Positions 40,666 to 48,723 of a stretch of DNA of 64,000 nucleotides are shown one piece after another. The notes below the pieces were generated by a model. That model saw only the letters and a list, made by a program, of their open reading frames with translations, was not told the origin of the DNA and did not search any database. Origin of the DNA: a virus (Duplodnaviria; Caudoviricetes); IMG/VR virus record IMGVR_UViG_3300027898_000001, one strand, 5' to 3'. Made by a program: the position numbers and the translations under genes. How positions within the stretch are numbered: the stretch's first letter is position 1; each line of letters opens with the position of its first letter.

Positions 40666-40723
40666 TTTTGTATTCTGTAATTTAAGTATAGCGTTAATCC
40701 CGACGCATCTTTAGGAGTTTTAT

Positions 40724-42421
40724 ATGAATCTCAATGGTCACTTATCGGTCGCTGGTCAGATTAAGAATTTGAAATTTGAACAATTGGCAACCGATCCAGC
40801 TTCTCCCGCGTTATCACAAGCTTGGTACAACACTACTACTCTTGCGTTGAAATATTACGATGGTGTTTCAGTACAAATCATTGCAACTGGTTCAGGTGCA
40901 TTGTCTCAGTACATGAAACTCGATGGCTCTGCTTCTATGACAGGTCCTTTGACCTTGTCTTCTGCTGACCAAACTGGTGCACCTGATACTACTGCTGCTG
41001 CAAAAGGTTATGTTGATACTGGCTTGGCTACTAAACAAGCTACCATCACTGGTGCTGCTACTTCAATCGTTTCTGCAAACTTGGGCGCAAGCCTTGCTGT
41101 AGTTTCTGATTCAAGTGGTAAAGTTGCTGTTGCTGCTACCACCACTGCTGCTGAAATTGAATACGTACACGGCGTAACTTCTGCAATTCAAACTCAATTG
41201 AATGGCAAACAAGCTACTATCGGTTACGTACCAGTTAACAAAGCTGGTGATACCTTAGGCGGTGCTTTGAATCTTGGTGGCAACACCTTGACAGGTATTG
41301 CTGCACCTGTAAATGCTACGGATGCTTTGCGTAAAATCGACTTAGATGTTGCACTTTCTAAGATGGATTTCCAAGCAGACGTAGACGGTGTTCAAGTTGA
41401 TGCTACTTTGGATCCAGGTGCTACTCCTGCAACAGGTGCTCGTTATGTTATCAGCAACCCTGCAGCATTGCATGCCAATTTCGGTACAATCTCTGGCGTA
41501 GCAGCTAACGACATTGTACAATACAACGGTACTGCTTTCGTTGTTGCGTATGACGTAGTTGCTCAAGGCCAAGGCGCTTTGGCTTGGGATCGTTTGGGCG
41601 GTATGTTCATTCGTTATAACGGTACTAACTGGGCTGAGTTCGGTGGATTGTCTGGTGTAACTACTGGCGTAGGCTTGTCAAAATCTGGCAATACTATTTC
41701 TGTAAACCTTGGTGCAGGTATCACTTCATTACCAACTAATGAAGTTGGTGTTGACGCATTGGCAGCTGGTGGCTTGTTCACCACAGTTGATGGTTCTACT
41801 GCATCTACTGCATCTAATGCACAGTTGTCGGTTAAACTGTCGGATGCTGCGTTAGCATTGTCTACCTCTGGTTTGACTATCGCTGCAAATGGTGTTGTTG
41901 CTTCTCATTTGAACACTTCTATCGTTGGTAACGGTTTGCAAGGCGCTGGCGGTACTGCACTGTCTGTTAAAACTGCCTCTGCTTCTGGTATCATTGTAGA
42001 CGGTACTGGTGTTTCTATTGATGACACTGAATTACGTAACCGTGTTGTATACCGTGATGGTGCTCAAGCAATGACTGGTCCTTTGACCTTGTCTTCTTCT
42101 GACCAATCAGCTGGTAGCTCAACTACTGCGGTATCTAAAGGTTACGTAACTGGTTTGGTAGCGGGTTCTACTACTGCTATCACTAACTTGACCACTCGTT
42201 TGGCTGCGGGTTACTTCATGTATGATGGTACAGCTTCTGCTGTTACCTCTGCAACTGTTACCCACAACATGAACAACAAGTATGTTCAAGTTAGCATCGT
42301 TGATGAACTTGATGAAGTGATTATCCCTGAATCAATCACATTCACCAGCGCCAATGCTTTGTCTGTTACTTTTGCCGTAGCTCAGAAATTCCGCGCAATT
42401 GTTACTGGTTTAGCTAACTAA
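40724..42421 (+). CDS. Abundant fibre/whisker protein, 565 aa
   Basis: Strong codon bias (GGT/GCT/ACT/TTG), AGGAG RBS, DG...MTGPLTLS repeats, C-terminal T.THN.NNK domain, own terminator. Confidence 0.85.
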   Translation: MNLNGHLSVAGQIKNLKFEQLATDPASPALSQAWYNTTTLALKYYDGVSVQIIATGSGALSQYMKLDGSASMTGPLTLSSADQTGAPDTTAAAKGYVDTGLATKQATITGAATSIVSANLGASLAVVSDSSGKVAVAATTTAAEIEYVHGVTSAIQTQLNGKQATIGYVPVNKAGDTLGGALNLGGNTLTGIAAPVNATDALRKIDLDVALSKMDFQADVDGVQVDATLDPGATPATGARYVISNPAALHANFGTISGVAANDIVQYNGTAFVVAYDVVAQGQGALAWDRLGGMFIRYNGTNWAEFGGLSGVTTGVGLSKSGNTISVNLGAGITSLPTNEVGVDALAAGGLFTTVDGSTASTASNAQLSVKLSDAALALSTSGLTIAANGVVASHLNTSIVGNGLQGAGGTALSVKTASASGIIVDGTGVSIDDTELRNRVVYRDGAQAMTGPLTLSSSDQSAGSSTTAVSKGYVTGLVAGSTTAITNLTTRLAAGYFMYDGTASAVTSATVTHNMNNKYVQVSIVDELDEVIIPESITFTSANALSVTFAVAQKFRAIVTGLAN

Positions 42422-42429
42422 TTGGCTTA

Positions 42430-42460
42430 TTAAGGGTGGCTAGTACAGCACCCTTAATTT
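42430..42460 (+). terminator. Intrinsic terminator
   Basis: TTAAGGGTG / CACCCTTAA stem followed by TTT after the 565-aa gene. Confidence 0.65.
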
Positions 42461-42473
42461 CTGGAGTGATGCG

Positions 42474-43073
42474 ATGAAACATAATGGTACAATTGATCTC
42501 CAGGGTAACCTACTGAAAAATATAACGCTGGAAACAGTGGTAAATTTTCCAGCAACGGCTAAGCCTGGAAGTTTTATCTTTAAAGACAAACGTGTAATGA
42601 TATGTGTCGAAATAGATAATGGTGTGCCTTTTTGGGTTCCGTTAACGAATGAAGTTGACACATTCATCTATACTCAAGCTGTGGCTGCAACTACTTGGAC
42701 TATTAATCACAATCTTAACAGTAGCAATACTATTGTTCAGATTATTGATGGTTCTGGTAATCATATTGTTCCAGACACTATTGTGCAGACGTTTGATACA
42801 ACTACTGTTACCTTCATTAATGCGCAAGCAGGTAGAGCTATTCTTATGCTCGGTTCAATTGAAGGTAGTGATCGTCCAAACTTTGCGTATGAGCAGACTT
42901 TCTCTGTTGCTTCTACGACTTGGGTTGTTCCACACACTCTCGGTTATTATCCAGCAATTCGTGTGTTCATTGGTAATGCGGAAGTTCAACCACTGTCGAT
43001 TGTACATGACTCGTTGAACCAAGCGACTATTACGTTTAGCACACCACAAACTGGTATGATCCGCGCGATCTAA
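42474..43073 (+). CDS. Structural protein with two W.I.HNL domains
   Basis: TWTINHNL and TWVVPHTL repeats; N-terminus resembles that of 40724. Confidence 0.8.
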   Translation: MKHNGTIDLQGNLLKNITLETVVNFPATAKPGSFIFKDKRVMICVEIDNGVPFWVPLTNEVDTFIYTQAVAATTWTINHNLNSSNTIVQIIDGSGNHIVPDTIVQTFDTTTVTFINAQAGRAILMLGSIEGSDRPNFAYEQTFSVASTTWVVPHTLGYYPAIRVFIGNAEVQPLSIVHDSLNQATITFSTPQTGMIRAI

Positions 43074-43084
43074 TTGGAGGCCGT

Positions 43085-43303
43085 ATGCAAACTGTTAGAA
43101 GTTATACACATACACAAGCCACTGCCTCCACAACTTGGAACATTAATCACAACTTAGGTACAATGGCACCAATCATTGATACTTATATTTACGTGAATAG
43201 TGTTTTAACAAAGATTCTACCACTTAGCGTAACTGTTACAGATGCTTACAATGCTGTGATCACATTCTCTTCGGCACGTAGCGGTACAGCAGCTTGCCGA
43301 TAG
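43085..43303 (+). CDS. Stand-alone W.I.HNL domain protein
   Basis: YTHTQATASTTWNINHNLG; GGAGG RBS. Confidence 0.8.
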   Translation: MQTVRSYTHTQATASTTWNINHNLGTMAPIIDTYIYVNSVLTKILPLSVTVTDAYNAVITFSSARSGTAACR

Positions 43304-43313
43304 GAGGCGACCT

Positions 43314-43883
43314 ATGTTAGCAGATGGATTACAACTAGCTAGTGGGAGTCAGATTGTACGTACAATCCTAGATGATGCACACAGAGGTACAACTTTACCT
43401 GCTAGTGCTGCTGATGGTACAGAGTTTGAACTAACTTCAAAGTCAGGTAATAACTCTGCTGGGATATACATTTACGTTGCTGCTGAATCGGCTTGGGTCG
43501 TGAAATATCCAAACAATGATTTAGTTCCATACGATGTGAGTGGTTGTACGATTGGAGGTATTGCAAATGCTGCTGTTATTCAACGGCATTTGGCGGTAAG
43601 AAGTTTTAAACTGAAATCTGGATTTGAGAGCTGTCTAGCCCAAGCACTCAATGCTCCAAGTGTTGATACTACCTTTTCTATAACTCGAATCAGTCGTACT
43701 GGTCAGAGTGTTGCAATAGGTAGTTTGTTTTTTGCTGGTGGCGAAACAGTTGGTGTTTATACTCAAGTGGGTAGTGGGGATATCCTGTTTAGTGCAGGTG
43801 AACTACTTGTTGTGAAAGCACCAACTACAGCAGATCAATTCATTTCAGACGTTTCGTTTACTTTAGCAGGTACTCTTGTCTAA
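43314..43883 (+). CDS. Structural protein, 189 aa
   Basis: N-terminus MLADGLQLASGSQI matches MLQDGIELAEGSEI of 8800. Confidence 0.8.
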   Translation: MLADGLQLASGSQIVRTILDDAHRGTTLPASAADGTEFELTSKSGNNSAGIYIYVAAESAWVVKYPNNDLVPYDVSGCTIGGIANAAVIQRHLAVRSFKLKSGFESCLAQALNAPSVDTTFSITRISRTGQSVAIGSLFFAGGETVGVYTQVGSGDILFSAGELLVVKAPTTADQFISDVSFTLAGTLV

Positions 43884-43929
43884 TCCCATTGGGCTCCTTG
43901 TGGGCCCATTTTTATTTCGGAGACAAATC

Positions 43930-44337
43930 ATGCTCGTTGATAGCCCAGTACTCGCAGGCTCAAGCAGTCTACTTATTGGACAAGCTAAAGATAAAACATT
44001 AACCCAAGCCGGTACTCTGGCAGTAGTAACAGGCGTTACTCGTTGGACACTAACTAACGCAATTCGTATTACTTCTATTGTAAGTCGTGTGGAAACACCT
44101 TCTGTAGGTAGTGATATTCAGATAACTGTTAAGAAAAATGGCATATCTGTTACAACTTCACCTATTGTTATTACTGCGAACACTAACGTAAATACTACTT
44201 TGGCGGCTGCAATGATTACAAATAAAGTTACAGGTGTTGCTGGAGATTATTTCACAGCAGACGTTGTCCAAGTAGGCAGCACCACATCAGGTTCTGATCT
44301 GACCGTGAAGATAAACTATGTAATAACTGGAGCTTAA
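43930..44337 (+). CDS. Structural beta-sandwich protein
   Basis: ATG at 43930 after GGAG; ...AGDYFT.DV.QVGSTT.GSDL.V pattern. Confidence 0.7.
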   Translation: MLVDSPVLAGSSSLLIGQAKDKTLTQAGTLAVVTGVTRWTLTNAIRITSIVSRVETPSVGSDIQITVKKNGISVTTSPIVITANTNVNTTLAAAMITNKVTGVAGDYFTADVVQVGSTTSGSDLTVKINYVITGA

Positions 44338-44338
44338 T

Positions 44339-44761
44339 ATGAACTTTGACGGTGTAACTATTGTCGATGAAGCATATCCAGTTAATTCTACATCTACTCA
44401 AGCATTGCAAGGTTACACACCTAGTGGTATCACATTAGATCACACATTGGCTATAATAGGTGCATTGCAAGTAGGATATAAAACATCTTGGTATGTTCCT
44501 GTAGCCTGTACTATAAGTGCATTGCACTTCGGTGTGGGGATTGCTATTCCAACTAATTCATTCACTGTAACTGTGCAAAATAATGGTACTACTATTTACA
44601 CTGCTACATTTAATTCTGGTGTACAATTACTAGATGTTTTAGGTACTGCGTTAACCTCAGCAACATTAGCTGCTAATGATCTATTAGCATTCACGGTGTC
44701 TACGGTTAATAATGCGGTGCCTGGGTATCATTTCTCTGTTCAAATTGATTATAAGGTGTGA
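44339..44761 (+). CDS. Structural beta-sandwich protein, paralogue-like to the preceding ORF
   Basis: TV.V.NNGT.I...LAANDLL.F.V pattern. Confidence 0.7.
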   Translation: MNFDGVTIVDEAYPVNSTSTQALQGYTPSGITLDHTLAIIGALQVGYKTSWYVPVACTISALHFGVGIAIPTNSFTVTVQNNGTTIYTATFNSGVQLLDVLGTALTSATLAANDLLAFTVSTVNNAVPGYHFSVQIDYKV

Positions 44762-44765
44762 TATA

Positions 44766-44987
44766 ATGTTACCTACTAATCATATTGTTGGTGAAAGTGT
44801 TATAGAATTAGATCATTATGTTATTGATTGTAGTGGAGCTGATTCTGAGTTTGAGCGAGATAAACACAACTTTGTTTTCCAACACATAAAGGCTGATGTA
44901 ATTTTCATAACGCGCTGTGAAGGCAACAAAGTAAACATTGCAGTAAACAAAGAGGCGATAGTTCCTTTAGAACTCATTGTAATATAA
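44766..44987 (+). CDS. Hypothetical protein, 73 aa
   Basis: ATG at 44766 after AAGGTG; its stop overlaps the next ATG. Confidence 0.6.
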   Translation: MLPTNHIVGESVIELDHYVIDCSGADSEFERDKHNFVFQHIKADVIFITRCEGNKVNIAVNKEAIVPLELIVI

Positions 44988-45190
44988 TGGAAATATTCAT
45001 TTCATTGTCGTCAAACGAAATAGTTGTGTCAGACAGTAATGTGCAAAGTAAGATTAGTGGTATTAAGAAGAAACGTCGCAGAGCACAAATAAAAATGGCG
45101 GAGAAAGCGAATAAAGAAAATGCTCGTATTTTAAAAGAGAATAATATTCGCGGACACCATCGCATGGATAATTTTGGTATCGACAAATAA
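44987..45190 (+). CDS. Small basic protein with MEIFISLSSN start (candidate internal head/DNA-binding protein)
   Basis: KKKRRRAQIK basic stretch; SLS motif. Confidence 0.65.
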   Translation: MEIFISLSSNEIVVSDSNVQSKISGIKKKRRRAQIKMAEKANKENARILKENNIRGHHRMDNFGIDK

Positions 45191-45216
45191 AACATTAAAT
45201 CAGTAGGGGATTTATT

Positions 45217-45540
45217 ATGATGAACACCGATCAGATTATATCTACATTAAAAGCCAAGTATGCAGCTATTGTTCCTATAGTAGTGGCAATACTTAGTGCT
45301 GTTTTAGCATTCTTTAGCTATCAGTATTATATGCAAAGAAAAGCAGATAGCGCTAGAGTAGTTCAGGAAAACACCACGAATGTGGAAAATGAAAAGGTCA
45401 TTGAAGACGACCATAAAGAAGTTGTAGTTGCCCAAGCGCAAGTGGAAGTAGCAGTACAGAAAGCAGAAGATATACAACTTAAACCAACCGTACCGACTCC
45501 AGATGTTCAGGCCTCTGTAGACGAATGGAACAAAAACTAA
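45217..45540 (+). CDS. Putative inner-membrane spanin (Rz-like)
   Basis: N-terminal TM plus periplasmic coiled coil, in the lysis cluster. Confidence 0.55.
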   Translation: MMNTDQIISTLKAKYAAIVPIVVAILSAVLAFFSYQYYMQRKADSARVVQENTTNVENEKVIEDDHKEVVVAQAQVEVAVQKAEDIQLKPTVPTPDVQASVDEWNKN

Positions 45541-45563
45541 TTCTAATCGTATAGGTGAATGAT

Positions 45564-45959
45564 ATGACAGCAGTTACTACTATTGCAGGATTTGATATTG
45601 CTCAAGTTAAAGATGTTGCTATGATAGGTCTATTTAGCACAGCAGGCTTTAGCATTCGTCTTGTGAAGAAATTTATTTCAGAAGGTGTGCATCCTTGGGA
45701 TTATATCCGCTGCTATTTTGTACGCACTATGAGCAGTTGGTTTACCATTACAGGAGCTGCTGTTACCAATTACATGACAACTAATGATATGCACGCCATT
45801 ACGTATATCACTATGGCGTATATGGCAGATAGTTTGATTAATAAAGCACCTACGCAACAAGAACTAGATGCGTATCAATCTCTTGTTGCAAAAGACGATA
45901 AAGCAACCGTCTCTATTATTGCTAAGGCAAATGATGCTGTTATTGAGGAGAAAAAATGA
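45564..45959 (+). CDS. Putative holin
   Basis: Two or three hydrophobic segments and a charged C-terminal tail; upstream of the spanin and endolysin. Confidence 0.5.
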   Translation: MTAVTTIAGFDIAQVKDVAMIGLFSTAGFSIRLVKKFISEGVHPWDYIRCYFVRTMSSWFTITGAAVTNYMTTNDMHAITYITMAYMADSLINKAPTQQELDAYQSLVAKDDKATVSIIAKANDAVIEEKK

Positions 45960-46417
45960 TGATGAAGTATTTGTTTGTACTGTGTGTAGTATTGCTAACT
46001 GGTTGTGCTACAGAATTGCAAGTAAAGCCTACAAACCACTACAGTGATATTAAATCTATGGATCCTATCCATGTAACTGTAGAAACTTATCCAGAAACAA
46101 AAGCAATTGTTGTACCGTATAACGGGCATACAGTAGCAGCTTTTGAGAAAGATGATTTTGATAAGTTACGTGAATTTAAAGACAAGGCAAATAAGAATGC
46201 TCAGGTGCTTACTGCGACCATTGATGCTTCTAATGCCCTTGTAACGCAGAATAATGCTTTGTTGAATATGGCTAAGGCAGAAGAACGACGGGCTAATGAT
46301 TTAGAACAAGATTTGTCTCGAACAGAAACACAGTTGCGTAATGAAGAAAAATCTAAATTGTGGGATTCTTTGTTCTATAAGATTATAATTGTTCTTGGTC
46401 TAGCCTCACATTTCTAA
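45956..46417 (+). CDS. Lipoprotein spanin (o-spanin or unimolecular type)
   Basis: Lipobox LLTG-C with Ala at +2, long coiled coil, hydrophobic C-terminus. Confidence 0.65.
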   Translation: MMMKYLFVLCVVLLTGCATELQVKPTNHYSDIKSMDPIHVTVETYPETKAIVVPYNGHTVAAFEKDDFDKLREFKDKANKNAQVLTATIDASNALVTQNNALLNMAKAEERRANDLEQDLSRTETQLRNEEKSKLWDSLFYKIIIVLGLASHF

Positions 46418-46428
46418 GGTGAATTATT

Positions 46429-46974
46429 ATGAGCGCATTACCTGTAATTATCGGTAAAACAAACGATCAAATATCAGAACACTTCCAGTATCATGAAGTA
46501 GTAGATAGTTATGATGCTGACCGTCAAGGTATTGATAACCAAGTTTACAATCCAGAGTTTTTGTTGAATGCAAAGGCATTGGCAGAGAATGTGCTTGAGA
46601 AGATTAGAGCACATTTCTTTTCCATAACTGGACACGGTGTTAATATTAATAGTTGGTACCGTTGCGAAGCGTTGGAGCACTATGAGTGTGCAGCAGCGTT
46701 TGTTGATTGGTGCAAACAACGTGGTATCGACCCGAATGCTCCAGATGCTTGGTTCTCTTACTTTCAACGTAAGTCGCATCCAGCCGCGTGTGCAGCAGAT
46801 ATTCATATCGTAGGTGTCTCTAATCAAGACGTGTACAACTGGATTTCAGCTAATTTAGAGTTCGATCAGTTGATCTTAGAGTTTGTTAATCCCAAAGTTC
46901 CGGGTAGTGGTTGGGTCCATGTTAGCTGGAATCGCTTTGGACACAATCGCAAACAATCATTCTCAATAGGATAA
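46429..46974 (+). CDS. Endolysin, peptidase M15 family
   Basis: SEHF...E, INSWYRC, H-x6-D (SHPAACAAD), DQLILE, WVHVS. Confidence 0.9.
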   Translation: MSALPVIIGKTNDQISEHFQYHEVVDSYDADRQGIDNQVYNPEFLLNAKALAENVLEKIRAHFFSITGHGVNINSWYRCEALEHYECAAAFVDWCKQRGIDPNAPDAWFSYFQRKSHPAACAADIHIVGVSNQDVYNWISANLEFDQLILEFVNPKVPGSGWVHVSWNRFGHNRKQSFSIG

Positions 46975-46978
46975 GATA

Positions 46979-47089
46979 ATGGAAATCGAATTTTCTTTAT
47001 CAACAAATGTAGTAAGCATTAAAAAGAATAAGCCTAAGATAAAGTTACCTGAAATGTTACAATCTGATGGCTTTGATAGACTTTTTTAA
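46979..47089 (+). CDS. 36-aa SLS-motif leader ORF, probably the frameshifted N-terminus of the next ORF
   Basis: MEIEFSLSTNVVSIKKNKPKIKLPEMLQSDGFDRLF; stops inside a T6 run (CTT TTT TAA). Confidence 0.55.
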   Translation: MEIEFSLSTNVVSIKKNKPKIKLPEMLQSDGFDRLF

Positions 47090-47636
47090 GGATATTCCTG
47101 ATTCAGAGTTGGACTTACTTATTGGTAAATATGCATCACGTAAAAGATACGATAAGACAACGGCTTATATTAAGGTGATAGGTGTTCAACGCATTTTTAA
47201 TGGTAAACTAGCTTTGCGTGGCGTCGAAGATTACAAGCACGATCCACATCAGGTTGGCTCAGCGTTGAAGTTAAAAGAGTTGACGTTTTTAGAAGGTAAG
47301 CCTGTTGAGTACTGGGAACCTAATGACTCGTCAGATAAAACAAATAGAGATTTAACAGATTCTCTATTTATCGCTGTGAAGCAGTTATATCCAGATGCAG
47401 TGAAAGGAGTTAATAATGATGATAAGGAGCAGCATAGATATAACATAATTGTGCGCCGTAATCACTTCGTGAAAAATAAATTTGTTGTTGGTAGTGTTTG
47501 GCAACTGTCAGACGGCAGCATACAATCAAACTTCTTCAATGCGAATTACGATTATTCCACATTACATTCTAAAAACATTGATGATTTAATGGTGAATACA
47601 AAATTTAAAATATTCTTAGCAAGATCACTAAAGTAA
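47067..47636 (+). CDS. Hypothetical protein, 189 aa (body of a possible 218-aa fusion)
   Basis: ORF in the +1 frame relative to 46979; no clear RBS at 47067. Confidence 0.7.
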   Translation: MALIDFFKDIPDSELDLLIGKYASRKRYDKTTAYIKVIGVQRIFNGKLALRGVEDYKHDPHQVGSALKLKELTFLEGKPVEYWEPNDSSDKTNRDLTDSLFIAVKQLYPDAVKGVNNDDKEQHRYNIIVRRNHFVKNKFVVGSVWQLSDGSIQSNFFNANYDYSTLHSKNIDDLMVNTKFKIFLARSLK

Positions 47637-47646
47637 GGTTGATGTT

Positions 47647-47709
47647 ATGGAAATTGAAATATCTTTATCTAGTAATAGTATTGATTACTGGCATTGCATA
47701 CTACTTTAG
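47647..47709 (+). pseudogene. 20-aa SLS-motif remnant or peptide
   Basis: MEIEISLSSNSIDYWHCILL; AAGGT 7 nt upstream; collides with a convergent minus-strand ORF. Confidence 0.35.
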
Positions 47710-47842
47710 CGGATTTGATTACCTCATCTGTCAATACTTCACCTTCGACCATAACTGTTTTTAGGTCTTCTCGTAATTCTGCCTCTAATTCTTCACGATT
47801 TAACATAAATTGTATCAGCTTCACGTTATTGGAACACACCAT
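47669..47842 (-). CDS. Small acidic hypothetical protein (~57 aa, or 45 aa from ATG 47806)
   Basis: MLNREELEAELREDLKTVMVEGEVLTDEVIKSAKVV...; below the ORF-track cutoff. Confidence 0.45.
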   Translation of the reverse strand: MVCSNNVKLIQFMLNREELEAELREDLKTVMVEGEVLTDEVIKSAKVVCNASNQYYY

Positions 47843-47925
47843 TTAGGGGCGGTTTTAATGCTACTCCACAGGTGTGGAACCATGTTGTCCTACGGTGTTA
47901 TTTAACATTCTCTACTTGTATTACA

Positions 47926-48723
47926 TCAACTTTCATTATGCACATCCTGATAACTTACAATGAACTTCGCTTTGCGTAACCAGTGATCGGCTAAGCATCG
48001 CATACAAGTGTGAGCAGATCGCGTACAATCACCATCGTGTTCAGCTTCCATCCAAACCATAAAATTAGGAACGCTAACACTACCTATATTATCACCGTCT
48101 TCGTGTGGCTCATCAATCTCATAACTGGCGAGAGCTAATGCAAGTTTTAAGATACGATTATCTTTAGCATCACGATTATCGAGTTGAGACCGTTTAATAG
48201 GATTTTCTTCAGGTTCAAATGGTACTACTATTGGATGACCATTAAAACTTTCAGATTCAGTTATTTTAGGTGTATGTTCTTCGTCAATAATACCTACAGA
48301 AATAAATGTAGTATCACGATCTACGATAACTCTATTTGCTGTTCCTAAATGCGATAGTTTTATTGTAGATACTGTTGACTCAGATACAATAGTAGCACTT
48401 GTGATTGTCGCAATATTTTGTAAAGCACCTTTTCTTAACTCACCGAATCCTGGTGCTTTACACGCAACTACTCTTATGTAACCACGTATCTTATTCACTA
48501 CTAGCGTAGATAACGCCTTGCCTATAATATCCTCAGCAATAATAATCAGTGGACGTTTTGAATTAATAACTTCCGTTAGTATAGGAAGAAAGGGTTCTAT
48601 TTCGTTGAGTTCTCCATCAACTAATAAAACATACGCATTTTCAAACACTACGTTCAATTCAGAATCGTTGTTAATAAAGTAAGGTGATAAGTAACCTTGA
48701 TCGAAACGTGTCTCGTCTATCAT
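47926..48723 (-). CDS. GroEL apical-domain protein fused to a C-terminal His/Cys motif
   Basis: RFDQGYLSPYFIN...PL.IIAED..G.AL.TLVVN..RG......KAPGFG..RK..L..IA..T...LG.A.RV....DTT; no equatorial ATPase domain; HDGDC....HTC.RC tail. Confidence 0.9.
   Translation of the reverse strand: MIDETRFDQGYLSPYFINNDSELNVVFENAYVLLVDGELNEIEPFLPILTEVINSKRPLIIIAEDIIGKALSTLVVNKIRGYIRVVACKAPGFGELRKGALQNIATITSATIVSESTVSTIKLSHLGTANRVIVDRDTTFISVGIIDEEHTPKITESESFNGHPIVVPFEPEENPIKRSQLDNRDAKDNRILKLALALASYEIDEPHEDGDNIGSVSVPNFMVWMEAEHDGDCTRSAHTCMRCLADHWLRKAKFIVSYQDVHNES

Noticed and set aside
47642-47764. Alternative 40-aa hydrophobic ORF MLWKLKYLYLVIVLITGIAYY...
   Set aside because: The RBS is too close to this ATG and the frame overlaps a more plausible minus-strand ORF. 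It is not excluded entirely.
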